Under the pieces are notes generated by a model that worked only from the letters and a program-made list of their open reading frames with translations, made no database searches and was not told the origin of the DNA. A stretch of 64,000 bases of DNA, taken from NCBI GenBank assembly GCA_026417115.1, contig JAOADW010000008.1, forward strand, positions 31,227 to 95,226, written 5' to 3'. Every line of letters starts with the position of its first letter. Within the stretch, counting starts at the first letter, position 1. The stretch is from Rhodocyclaceae bacterium (GTDB lineage Bacteria > Pseudomonadota > Gammaproteobacteria > Burkholderiales > Rhodocyclaceae). This document shows positions 53,494 to 62,520 of this stretch, in pieces. The position numbers and the translations under genes are program-made.

Positions 53494-54372
53494 GTGATGC
53501 TTGCGCAATTTCTGCAATTTCTTTTTTCTGGGATCACGGTGGGAGCCACATATGCTCTCGCCGCGCTGGGATTCACGCTGATCTACAACGCAAGTCAAGT
53601 GATCAACTTCGCCCAGGGAGAATTCATCATGCTGGGCGGTATGCTGACGGTCTTTTTCCTCGCTTCCGGCCTTCCTCTGCCATTTGCAGTGATTTTGGCG
53701 ATCGTGCTGCCCGCGATAGTTGGCCTGCTCATCGAAAAATTTGCCATCGAACCCGCCAAAGGCGCCGAGACGGTGAGCTTGATCATCATCACCATCGGCG
53801 CTGCGCTCGTCATTCGCGGCCTCATCCAAGTCTGGCTGGGCAAAGGCACGCATGCATTACCGCCTTTTTCTGGCAACGAGCCCATCCATGTCCTGGGCGC
53901 CACGCTTCTCCCTCAAAGTTTATGGGTGCTCGGCGTCTCAGCCCTCGTCATGGTCGCTTTGTGGTTCTTCTTCAACCGCACTCTCTTCGGCAAAGCCATG
54001 CTGGCCACTTCCTACAACCGCCTGGCAGCCGATTTGGTCGGCATCGATACGAAACACGTGCTCACCGTGAGCTTTGCGCTCTCCGGCGCACTCGGCGCCT
54101 TGGGCGGCATACTGATCGCGCCGATCACATTTACTTCCTATGACGTCGGTATCATGCTAGGCCTCAAAGGGTTCGTTGCCGCAGTAGTCGGCGGACTAGG
54201 CAATGGGTTGGGCGCGGTCGTCGGGGGGCTTCTTGTGGGCATCATCGAGGCGCTCGCAGCCGGCTACCTCTCCTCGGCTTACAAAGATGCCGTGCCTTTT
54301 CTCCTGATCTTGTTGATCCTTTTCTTCATGCCGCGCGGCTTGTTCGGCGCAAAAGTCACGGAGCGGGTTTGA
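53494..54372 (+). CDS. LivH-like ABC permease
   Basis: YALAALGFTLIY, INFAQGE, GLKGFVAAVVGG. Confidence 0.92.
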   Translation: MMLAQFLQFLFSGITVGATYALAALGFTLIYNASQVINFAQGEFIMLGGMLTVFFLASGLPLPFAVILAIVLPAIVGLLIEKFAIEPAKGAETVSLIIITIGAALVIRGLIQVWLGKGTHALPPFSGNEPIHVLGATLLPQSLWVLGVSALVMVALWFFFNRTLFGKAMLATSYNRLAADLVGIDTKHVLTVSFALSGALGALGGILIAPITFTSYDVGIMLGLKGFVAAVVGGLGNGLGAVVGGLLVGIIEALAAGYLSSAYKDAVPFLLILLILFFMPRGLFGAKVTERV

Positions 54373-54373
54373 G

Positions 54374-55318
54374 ATGATTGCGTTCTTTCGACGCCGCCAT
54401 GGCGGTCTCGTGATCGTAGCCCTCATACTGGCCTTGCTGCCGCTTTTTTTCCAAAACGCTTATCACTATGACCTCGCGATTCGCATCGCCATCAATGCCG
54501 TGATCGTCCTTGGACTCAATCTCCTCATTGGTTTTGCAGGCCAAATCAGTCTTGGGCACGCCGGTTTCCTAGGCATCGGCGCCTATGCCTCGGCAATCTT
54601 GCCTAGCCATTATGGCTGGCCTCCCTTGCTTGCGATGATGGCCGGCGCGACTTGTGCAGCGCTTTTGGCGGCGCTCGTCGCGCGACCGATCTTCCGCCTC
54701 AAAGGCCACTATTTGGCGATGGCCACACTTGGTCTTGGCGTCATTCTCGCCATCGCTTTCAAAAACGAAGCCTCACTCACCGGCGGTCCGGATGGGATGG
54801 CCGTGGTCCCGCTTTCCCTGTTCGGATACGAACTCAGCGGCGAGAAGAAATGGTATGCGCTGATGGCGGTCTTACTCTTGTTCAGCCTCTGGGCATCGAC
54901 GAATTTGATCGATTCGCCATTCGGGCGAGCGCTGCGGGCGCTCCATGGATCAGAAGTCGCTGCACAAGTGGCCGGTGTGCACATCGTGCGCTATAAGGTG
55001 GCAATCTTCGTTCTCTCCGCAGTCTTCGCCAGTCTGATGGGCAGTTTGACGGCCCATTACGTGGGTTTCGTCACGCCCAACGTCGCCGATTTCCTACACT
55101 CGATCGAGCTCGTGACGATGGTCGTCGTGGGCGGAATGGCATCGGTCTATGGTTCCTTGGTCGGGGCCGCTCTATTGACCGCCCTCCCGCAGGCGCTCGC
55201 TCGCTTCGAGGGTTGGGAAACTGTCGCTTTCGGCGCCATCCTCATGCTCTTCATGATCTTCCTGCCGCGCGGCATCGTGCCCACCCTCGCCGCCCGCTTC
55301 GAAAAGGGGAAAGAGTAA
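54374..55318 (+). CDS. LivM-like ABC permease
   Basis: GFAGQISLGHA, YLAMATL, TGGPDG, PRGI. Confidence 0.92.
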   Translation: MIAFFRRRHGGLVIVALILALLPLFFQNAYHYDLAIRIAINAVIVLGLNLLIGFAGQISLGHAGFLGIGAYASAILPSHYGWPPLLAMMAGATCAALLAALVARPIFRLKGHYLAMATLGLGVILAIAFKNEASLTGGPDGMAVVPLSLFGYELSGEKKWYALMAVLLLFSLWASTNLIDSPFGRALRALHGSEVAAQVAGVHIVRYKVAIFVLSAVFASLMGSLTAHYVGFVTPNVADFLHSIELVTMVVVGGMASVYGSLVGAALLTALPQALARFEGWETVAFGAILMLFMIFLPRGIVPTLAARFEKGKE

Positions 55319-56082
55319 TGGCCGCCTTACTCGAGGTCGATGCCCTCTCGATCCAATTTGGCGGCGTGAAAGCCGTACAAGACGTCAGTTTTTCGGTGCC
55401 TGCCGGCGCCATCTATGCCGTGATCGGTCCCAACGGCGCCGGTAAAACCACCTTGTTCAACTTGATCACCGGCCTTTATACGCCGACAAGTGGAGAAATT
55501 CGCCTCGAGGGGCAAGCGATCCAGGGTAAGCCTCCCCACGAGCTCGCACGGCTAGGCATGGCCAGGACGTTTCAAAATTTACAAATCTGCCTCAACATGA
55601 CGGCGCTTGAAAACGTCATGGTCGGCGCTCACCTCCGATTGGACCGCAATCTCATCAAGGCGGCTCTCCGTTGGCCCGCTCTTTCACGGCGTGAGCGCGA
55701 ACTCAGGCAAGAAGCCGCCGAATGCATGGCCTATGCAGGGCTCGAGGACTTTCTCGAGGCTCGAGCTGACGCCATGCCGTATGGCGCGCTCAAGCGATTG
55801 GAAATCGCGCGAGCGCTCGCCGCAAAACCTCGCCTCTTGTTTCTCGATGAACCGGCTGCCGGCCTAAATCCCAAAGAGACCCAAGAAGTCGCAGAACTCG
55901 TACGCAAAATTGCCACGCATGGCGTTACCGTCGTTTTGATCGAGCATGACATGAAGATGGTCATGTCATTGGCAGACCGCATTCTCGTGCTCGACTATGG
56001 AAAGAAGCTTGCTGAGGGCTCCGCCGCCGAAGTGCGCGCCAATCCTGACGTAATTGCCGCCTATCTCGGCGCTCACGCTTGA
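55318..56082 (+). CDS. LivG-like ABC ATPase
   Basis: GPNGAGKTT, ARTFQN, LDEPAAG, IEHDM. Confidence 0.93.
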   Translation: MAALLEVDALSIQFGGVKAVQDVSFSVPAGAIYAVIGPNGAGKTTLFNLITGLYTPTSGEIRLEGQAIQGKPPHELARLGMARTFQNLQICLNMTALENVMVGAHLRLDRNLIKAALRWPALSRRERELRQEAAECMAYAGLEDFLEARADAMPYGALKRLEIARALAAKPRLLFLDEPAAGLNPKETQEVAELVRKIATHGVTVVLIEHDMKMVMSLADRILVLDYGKKLAEGSAAEVRANPDVIAAYLGAHA

Positions 56083-56092
56083 GGACACCATC

Positions 56093-57406
56093 ATGATGGA
56101 AGCTCTTGACGTCATTTCCTCGGAGCATCGCAACTTGTGGCGCATCGCCACGGCTCTCGACCAGGCAGCCAATCAAATCGTGGTGGGCGAAGAAATCGAC
56201 GAAGCTTTTTTCGAAGCCGTATTCGATTACCTCGAGCACTTCATCGACCGATTTCATCATCCGAAGGAAGATGATTATCTGTTTGCTCGCTTGCGTATGC
56301 GCCACCACGACATCTCCCCCATTCTCGACCGGCTGCAGAGTGAGCACCGAGCCGGCCCCAACGATCTACGGCGACTGCGGAGCTTGTCCCATGCCTGGCG
56401 TGAGCGGCGCATCGATGGTTCTGAATTTGCAACCGCGCTGAAAAATCATGCCCAGCAGCTACGCCTTCACATCCGCTGTGAGGAGAAAGACGTCCTTCCG
56501 GCAGCGCGCGGCGCTTTGCGTCCGGAAGATTGGCACGCCATCGACAAGGCCTTTCTCGATCATGAGGATCCTCTGTTCGGCCGCGCCGCGCAAGAGAGAT
56601 TCCGAGCGCTGTTCCACCGCTTGGCGCACCTCGCTCCCGAATCGATCGGACTGGGTGCGCATGAAGCGTCCCTTTCTTCCCAGACCGACCAAGCATTCAT
56701 GCCAGCGCTTCTGCAAGTACGCGCCCTGCAAAATCGTTACGGACGCTTACTGGCGCTCAAAGGCATCGATCTAGAGCTCTACAGCGGCGAACTCGTGGCC
56801 TTGATCGGCGCCAATGGGGCTGGCAAAACGACCTTTCTGCGTGCGCTCTCGGGAGTGATTCCTGCGGAAGGATCAATCGTCTTCGATGGCGAAGAGATTT
56901 CCCGCTTACCTGCTGCCGCACGCGTGATGCGAGGAATCTGCCATGTACCGGAAGGCCGACAAGTTTTCGCGCCGCTCTCGGTCCAAGACAACCTGCTTCT
57001 CGGCGCTTACCGACAGCCCCGCCAGCGCGCCGCGGGAGACCTCGAGCGAGTCTATGCACTTTTCCCGATCCTGGCGGAAAAACGCCACCAGGCTGCCGGC
57101 TCTCTCTCAGGCGGGCAGCAGCAAATGCTTGCAATCGGTCGCGCGCTCATGGGACGCCCTCGGCTCCTCCTGCTCGATGAACCCTCGATGGGGTTGGCTC
57201 CCTTGCTCGTCGAGGAAGTCTTCAACGTGATCCAAACGCTCAAGACGCAAGGCATCACGATTCTGCTCGTCGAGCAAAATGCTCACGCCGCACTGGCCCT
57301 TGCAGATCGCGGCTACGTGCTGACTACGGGCCGCATTGCGCTTACCGGCAGCGGCCAAGCGTTGCTGAAGAACGAAGAAGTACGCGCCGCCTATCTCGGC
57401 ATGTAA
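56093..57406 (+). CDS. Hemerythrin-domain / LivF-like ABC ATPase fusion
   Basis: N-terminal SEH, HHPKEDDYLF, SEH, HIRCEEKDVLP; C-terminal GANGAGKTT, LSGGQQQM, LDEPSMGL in one frame. Confidence 0.9.
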   Translation: MMEALDVISSEHRNLWRIATALDQAANQIVVGEEIDEAFFEAVFDYLEHFIDRFHHPKEDDYLFARLRMRHHDISPILDRLQSEHRAGPNDLRRLRSLSHAWRERRIDGSEFATALKNHAQQLRLHIRCEEKDVLPAARGALRPEDWHAIDKAFLDHEDPLFGRAAQERFRALFHRLAHLAPESIGLGAHEASLSSQTDQAFMPALLQVRALQNRYGRLLALKGIDLELYSGELVALIGANGAGKTTFLRALSGVIPAEGSIVFDGEEISRLPAAARVMRGICHVPEGRQVFAPLSVQDNLLLGAYRQPRQRAAGDLERVYALFPILAEKRHQAAGSLSGGQQQMLAIGRALMGRPRLLLLDEPSMGLAPLLVEEVFNVIQTLKTQGITILLVEQNAHAALALADRGYVLTTGRIALTGSGQALLKNEEVRAAYLGM

Positions 57407-57425
57407 TCAAGAAAGGACGACGTTC

Positions 57426-58406
57426 ATGGCTTCGACGAATCATACCGCTGCAAAACCCTTTGCATCGACCGCCGACCAGGAAGAAAAAAACATCTCATTT
57501 ACCCAGCTTTCCGAGCATTGTTGGGCCTATACCGCCGAAGGCGATCCCAATACCGGCGTGATCATCACCGATCATGCCGTGCTCATCTGCGATACGCTCG
57601 CCACGCCTGTGATGGCCCAGAGGCTGATCGCAGAGATCCGTAAGATCACGACGGCGCCGATCAAGTACGCCGTGCTCTCCCATTACCATGCGGTTCGCGT
57701 GCTCGGCGCCTCCGCCTATCGACACGAAGGACTGCAGGAAATCATCGCCAGCCGCGGCACTTATGAATTGATCCACGAGCGCGGCGCCGCAGATATGCAG
57801 TCGGAATACGAACGCTTCCCGCGTCTGTTTCGCAATTTCGAATCCATACCAGGTCTGACCTGGCCTACGCTCGTCTTCGACGGTGCCGTCACTTTGTTCA
57901 TGGATGATCTCGAAGTGCAAATCTTTCACCCTGGCGCCGGACACACCAAAGGAGACACAGTCGTCTGGGTTCCCCGTGAAAAAGTGCTGTTCTCAGGCGA
58001 CCTCGTCGAATACGGCGCGGCTTGTTATGCCGGTGATGCCCATCTTGCCGCATGGCCTGCCACTCTCGACAAGCTTGGCCAGCTCGGCGCAGAAAAAATG
58101 GTGCCTGGTAGAGGAGCAGCCCTGACATCGGCAGCCGACGTCGCTGCCGCGCTTGCCTATACGCGCGATTTCGTGACGACCTTGTTCCAATGTGCAAAAG
58201 AGGCGGTCGCAGAAGGTATGACGCTGAAACAAGCCATGCTCCATACGCGTCGCGCAATGGATCCGAAATTCGCACATGTCTTCATCTATGAGCACTGTTT
58301 GCCATTCGATGTCACGCGCGCCTATGAAGAAGCATCTGGCATCGAGCATCCTCGCATCTGGACCGCGGCCCGTGACAAAGAAATGTGGCAAGCGCTACAA
58401 GACTGA
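57426..58406 (+). CDS. MBL-fold metallo-hydrolase
   Basis: LSHYHAVR, GHTKGD, FSGD. Confidence 0.85.
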   Translation: MASTNHTAAKPFASTADQEEKNISFTQLSEHCWAYTAEGDPNTGVIITDHAVLICDTLATPVMAQRLIAEIRKITTAPIKYAVLSHYHAVRVLGASAYRHEGLQEIIASRGTYELIHERGAADMQSEYERFPRLFRNFESIPGLTWPTLVFDGAVTLFMDDLEVQIFHPGAGHTKGDTVVWVPREKVLFSGDLVEYGAACYAGDAHLAAWPATLDKLGQLGAEKMVPGRGAALTSAADVAAALAYTRDFVTTLFQCAKEAVAEGMTLKQAMLHTRRAMDPKFAHVFIYEHCLPFDVTRAYEEASGIEHPRIWTAARDKEMWQALQD

Positions 58407-58416
58407 AGGAGGAGAA

Positions 58417-60090
58417 ATGCTTTCGACTTATCGCTATCCCAAATACGACTACCTACCCCCTCCTGAACTCACCTCCAAGAGCCAACGGCGATATCCTCTC
58501 GTCGTCGTCGGCGCAGGCCCTGTCGGGCTTTGCGCCGCCATCGACCTCGCCTTGCAGGGCTTGCCCGTGCTCTTGCTCGATGAAGACGACACGGTCTCGG
58601 TCGGCTCGCGCGGGGTATGTTATGCGAAACGCACTTTGGAAATCCTCGACCGCCTGGGCGTGGGCGATGCCGTGGTGAGCAAGGGCGTTTCCTGGAACAT
58701 CGGGCGCACCTTTTATCGCAACGAAGAGGTCTACCACTTCAACCTCTTGCCGCAGCCCGACCACAAACGGCCAGGAATGATCAATCTCCAGCAGTATTAC
58801 CTTGAGGAGTACCTGATTGCGCGCGCACGCCAATTCACGCACCTCGACATCCGCTTCAAGAATCGTGTCGTCTTTATCGATCCTCGCCCCGACGGCGTCT
58901 TGCTACACGTCGAAACGCCCGACGGCGCCTATAGCCTCGAAGCGGATTGGGTAATCGCCGCCGATGGAGCAAAAAGCAGCATTCGCAAGATGATGAACCT
59001 CGACGTGGAAGGCAAGGTCTTTCTCGATCGCTTTTTGATCGCCGACGTGGTCATGAAGGCTGATTTCCCCGCCGAGCGCTGGTTTTGGTTCGACCCTCCC
59101 TTTCACCCCGGCCAATCGGTGCTCTTGCATCGTCAAGCCGATAATGTCTGGCGCATCGACTTCCAGCTCGGCTGGCAAGCCGATCCCGAAGAAGAAAAGA
59201 AGCCCGAGAAAGTGATCCCACGCATTCGCGCGATGCTAGGCGACGAACGGGAATTCGAACTCGAATGGGTGAGCGTCTACACCTTCCAATGCCGTCGTAT
59301 GTCGAAGTTTCGACATGGACGTGTCCTTTTCGTTGGCGATGCCGCCCACCAGGTGTCGCCCTTTGGCGCACGCGGCGCGAATTCCGGCATCCAGGACACT
59401 GACAATCTCTGCTGGAAACTCAAACTCGTAATCGATGGCAAGGCGCCGGATCGGTTGCTCGACAGCTATTCGGATGAGCGCATCTTCGCCGCCGATGAAA
59501 ACATCATGAATTCGACGCGATCGACGGACTTCATTACGCCCAAGAGCCGCACTTCCCTGACTTTTCGCAATGCGGTGCTGACGCTGGCGCGTCATCATCC
59601 ATTTGCGCGCGCGCTGGTGAACTCCGGCCGCTTATCGGTGCCTGCTTTTCTCGTCGCCTCGACGTTGAATACGCCCGACCAAGAATCATTCGCAGGCGAG
59701 ATGATTCCAGGCGCGCCCATGGACGATGCTCCCCTGAAAGTCGATGGCAAGCCCGCCTGGCTCCTCGACCAGGTTGGCAACCGTTTTGTCGTCTTGCATT
59801 ACGCCGCCGATCCACAACAAATCGATGCAACCATGCGGCATGAAATCCAGCAACTCGCTCTGGATGCCATACCCATCGAAGTCCTGCTCGTCACACCGGC
59901 TGCCAGCGGGACCGCCCACGGCCTGCGCGTGCTCGAAGACTATAGCGGACGTTATGCCGAGCGCTATGACGCTCGTCCAGGTACGACCTATCTCATCCGT
60001 CCCGACCAGCACGTCGCCGCCCGCTGGCGTGCATTTGATGCCGCAAGCATACGCGCGGCGACAATGCGCGCAACCGCAAATCTTTCCTAG
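58417..60090 (+). CDS. FAD-dependent aromatic hydroxylase (MhaA/MhpA-like)
   Basis: GAGPVG, ADGAKS, GDAAH, GANSGIQD, IRPDQHV. Confidence 0.88.
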   Translation: MLSTYRYPKYDYLPPPELTSKSQRRYPLVVVGAGPVGLCAAIDLALQGLPVLLLDEDDTVSVGSRGVCYAKRTLEILDRLGVGDAVVSKGVSWNIGRTFYRNEEVYHFNLLPQPDHKRPGMINLQQYYLEEYLIARARQFTHLDIRFKNRVVFIDPRPDGVLLHVETPDGAYSLEADWVIAADGAKSSIRKMMNLDVEGKVFLDRFLIADVVMKADFPAERWFWFDPPFHPGQSVLLHRQADNVWRIDFQLGWQADPEEEKKPEKVIPRIRAMLGDEREFELEWVSVYTFQCRRMSKFRHGRVLFVGDAAHQVSPFGARGANSGIQDTDNLCWKLKLVIDGKAPDRLLDSYSDERIFAADENIMNSTRSTDFITPKSRTSLTFRNAVLTLARHHPFARALVNSGRLSVPAFLVASTLNTPDQESFAGEMIPGAPMDDAPLKVDGKPAWLLDQVGNRFVVLHYAADPQQIDATMRHEIQQLALDAIPIEVLLVTPAASGTAHGLRVLEDYSGRYAERYDARPGTTYLIRPDQHVAARWRAFDAASIRAATMRATANLS

Positions 60091-60102
60091 GAGGATGCTT
60101 CC

Positions 60103-60330
60103 ATGTCTTTGATTCTGTCGCCTAATTTTCACGAGCCAGGCAGGCATTTTTTTCGAGCTTATGGTCCTGGCGACGAGTTTTATGAGGCGCTGATCGAAAT
60201 GCACCGCGATCTATCCGATGAGCAAAGCGCCCTCGTCAATGCCCGTTTGATTCTTTTACTGGCCAACCACATCGGCGATTTGTCTGTGCTGCGCGACGCC
60301 CTGCGAATCGCCCGCGAAGGAGTTTTCTGA
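60103..60330 (+). CDS. DUF2783 small protein (probable hydroxylase coupling subunit)
   Basis: DEFYEALIEMHRDLS...NARLILLLANHIGD. Confidence 0.85.
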   Translation: MSLILSPNFHEPGRHFFRAYGPGDEFYEALIEMHRDLSDEQSALVNARLILLLANHIGDLSVLRDALRIAREGVF

Positions 60331-60869
60331 TGTTGATCCAAAAGATTCACCACGTCGCTTATCGCTGCAGGGATGCCAAGGAAACTGTCGAATGGTATGA
60401 AAAGCACCTCGGTATGCGCCTCATTCTCGCAATCGCCGAAGATGCCGTCCCTTCGACCAAGGAACCCGATCCCTATATGCACGTATTTCTCGACGCCGGC
60501 AGCGGCAATGTCCTTGCATTCTTCGAGCTGCCGACCAAGCCGCCAATGGGACGCGATCCCAATACACCCGCATGGACCCAGCACATTGCCTTCGAGGTAG
60601 CCTCTCTGGATGTCTTGCGCGCCACCAAAGCAAACCTCGAAGCAGCAGGGATCGAGGTGCTAGGGCCCGTAGACCATACGCTCTTTCAGTCGATCTATTT
60701 CTTCGACCCCAATGGCCATCGCATCGAACTCGCCGCCAACACGGCCACCCCCGAGATGTATGAAAAACTCGACGCCGTCAAATATGCGATGATTGAAGAA
60801 TGGTCGCAGACGAAGCGCGCGCCACGCCATGCAGCGTGGTTGCATGAGAAAGAATTCACGAAAGCATGA
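60330..60869 (+). CDS. VOC/glyoxalase-family protein (candidate homogentisate dioxygenase)
   Basis: IHHVAYRC, YMHVF, QHIAF, SIYFFDPNGHRIEL. Confidence 0.82.
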   Translation: MLIQKIHHVAYRCRDAKETVEWYEKHLGMRLILAIAEDAVPSTKEPDPYMHVFLDAGSGNVLAFFELPTKPPMGRDPNTPAWTQHIAFEVASLDVLRATKANLEAAGIEVLGPVDHTLFQSIYFFDPNGHRIELAANTATPEMYEKLDAVKYAMIEEWSQTKRAPRHAAWLHEKEFTKA

Positions 60870-61882
60870 AGCTCGCCACGCTCAAAGAAGGCGGCCGAGA
60901 CGGGACACTCGTCGTCGTCAGCCGCGATCTTTCTTGCTGCCAAGCTGTCCCGCAGATCGCTCGCACGCTCCAAGCTGCGCTCGACGATTGGGACGCCGTG
61001 GCGCCCAGGCTCGCGGAAGTCTATGAAGCGCTGAACCAAGGAGCAGCCCCACACGCTCGCCCATTCGATGAGCGTCAGTGCCATTCCCCTCTACCGCGGG
61101 CCTACCAATGGGCCGATGGCTCGTCATACGTCAATCATGTCGAGCTCGTCAGGCGCGCCCGCGGCGCGGAGCTGCCGCCCGACTTTTGGACGGATCCGTT
61201 GATGTACCAAGGAGGCTCCGACAGCTTTGTCGGCCCTCATGACCCCATATGGGCTGCCTCGGAAGAGTGGGGCATCGACTTCGAGGCCGAAGTGGCGGTG
61301 GTTACCGGCGATTTACCGATTGGCGCCTCGCTTGAGCAATGTGCGGCGGCGATCCGCCTGATCATGCTCGCGAATGACGTTTCGTTGCGCAACCTGATCC
61401 CCAAGGAACTCGCCAAGGGGTTTGGCTTTTTTCAGTCCAAGCCTGCCTCGGCCTTTTCACCCCTTGCCCTCACGCCTGACGAACTAGGCGATGACTGGCG
61501 CGACGGCAAGGTCCATCGCCCGCTGACGATCCATTTGAACGGCCGTCTTTTCGGCCGTCCCCAGGCGGGCGTCGATATGGTTTTCAATTTTCCTCGCCTC
61601 ATCCAGCACATCACCCTCACGCGTGAAATCGAAGCCGGCTCCATCATCGGCTCCGGCACCGTCTCGAACAAGCAAGGCGGGCTGTATGGGTCCACCATCG
61701 AGCATGGCGGCGTGGGTTATGCGTGCATTGCCGAGCGCCGGATGTACGAAACAATCGAGACCGGCGCTGCCCAAACGCCTTTTCTGCGTTTCGGCGACAC
61801 GGTGCGTATCGAGATGTTCGACCGGCAGGGGAAAACCTTGTTCGGGGCCATCGAGCAGCGTGTCGAAAGGGTCGGTTCATGA
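60866..61882 (+). CDS. Fumarylacetoacetate hydrolase family protein
   Basis: MYQGGSD, IDFEAE, NDVSLR, GSGTVSN. Confidence 0.9.
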   Translation: MKLATLKEGGRDGTLVVVSRDLSCCQAVPQIARTLQAALDDWDAVAPRLAEVYEALNQGAAPHARPFDERQCHSPLPRAYQWADGSSYVNHVELVRRARGAELPPDFWTDPLMYQGGSDSFVGPHDPIWAASEEWGIDFEAEVAVVTGDLPIGASLEQCAAAIRLIMLANDVSLRNLIPKELAKGFGFFQSKPASAFSPLALTPDELGDDWRDGKVHRPLTIHLNGRLFGRPQAGVDMVFNFPRLIQHITLTREIEAGSIIGSGTVSNKQGGLYGSTIEHGGVGYACIAERRMYETIETGAAQTPFLRFGDTVRIEMFDRQGKTLFGAIEQRVERVGS

Positions 61883-62520
61883 AGCTCTATACCTATTTCC
61901 GCAGCTCGGCCGCCTACCGCGTCCGCATCGCGTTGAATCTCAAAGGATTGCCTTATGAAGCCGTCCCCATCCATTTGAAGCGAAGCGAGGAAAATACCCC
62001 GTCCTACCGCGCCATTAGTCCGCTCGGCACCGTTCCCGCCTTGATCACCGATCAAGGCCACACGATCACCCAGTCGTTGGCGATCCTCGAATATCTCGAA
62101 GAAATCTATCCCCATCCGCCACTTTTGCCCATTACGCCGCACGAACGGGCTCGCGTGCGGGCCATTGCCCTCACCATCGCATGTGACATTCACCCCCTCA
62201 ACAACTTGAGGGTGCTCGACTACTTGCAAAAAAACCTGGGCGCGAGCGAAGAAGAAAAGCTGACATGGTATCGTCATTGGGTAACGGAAGGGCTCACGGC
62301 CGTGGAAGCCCTGCTTGCCGGCCATCCAGACACAGGCCCTTTCTGTCATGGAACGACGCCGACGCTTGCCGACTGTTGCCTCGTGCCTCAGGTATTCAAT
62401 GCTCGCCGCTTTGGCTGCCCGCTTGACGACATGCCGACGATTCGCGCCATCGTAGAATATTGCCAAAACCTCCCTGCGTTCATCTTGGCCGCACCCGAGA
62501 ACCAACCCGACGCCGAATGA
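61879..62520 (+). CDS. maiA: Maleylacetoacetate isomerase
   Basis: YFRSSAAYRVRIAL, CDIHPLNNLRV, LADCCLVPQ. Confidence 0.92.
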   Translation: MKLYTYFRSSAAYRVRIALNLKGLPYEAVPIHLKRSEENTPSYRAISPLGTVPALITDQGHTITQSLAILEYLEEIYPHPPLLPITPHERARVRAIALTIACDIHPLNNLRVLDYLQKNLGASEEEKLTWYRHWVTEGLTAVEALLAGHPDTGPFCHGTTPTLADCCLVPQVFNARRFGCPLDDMPTIRAIVEYCQNLPAFILAAPENQPDAE

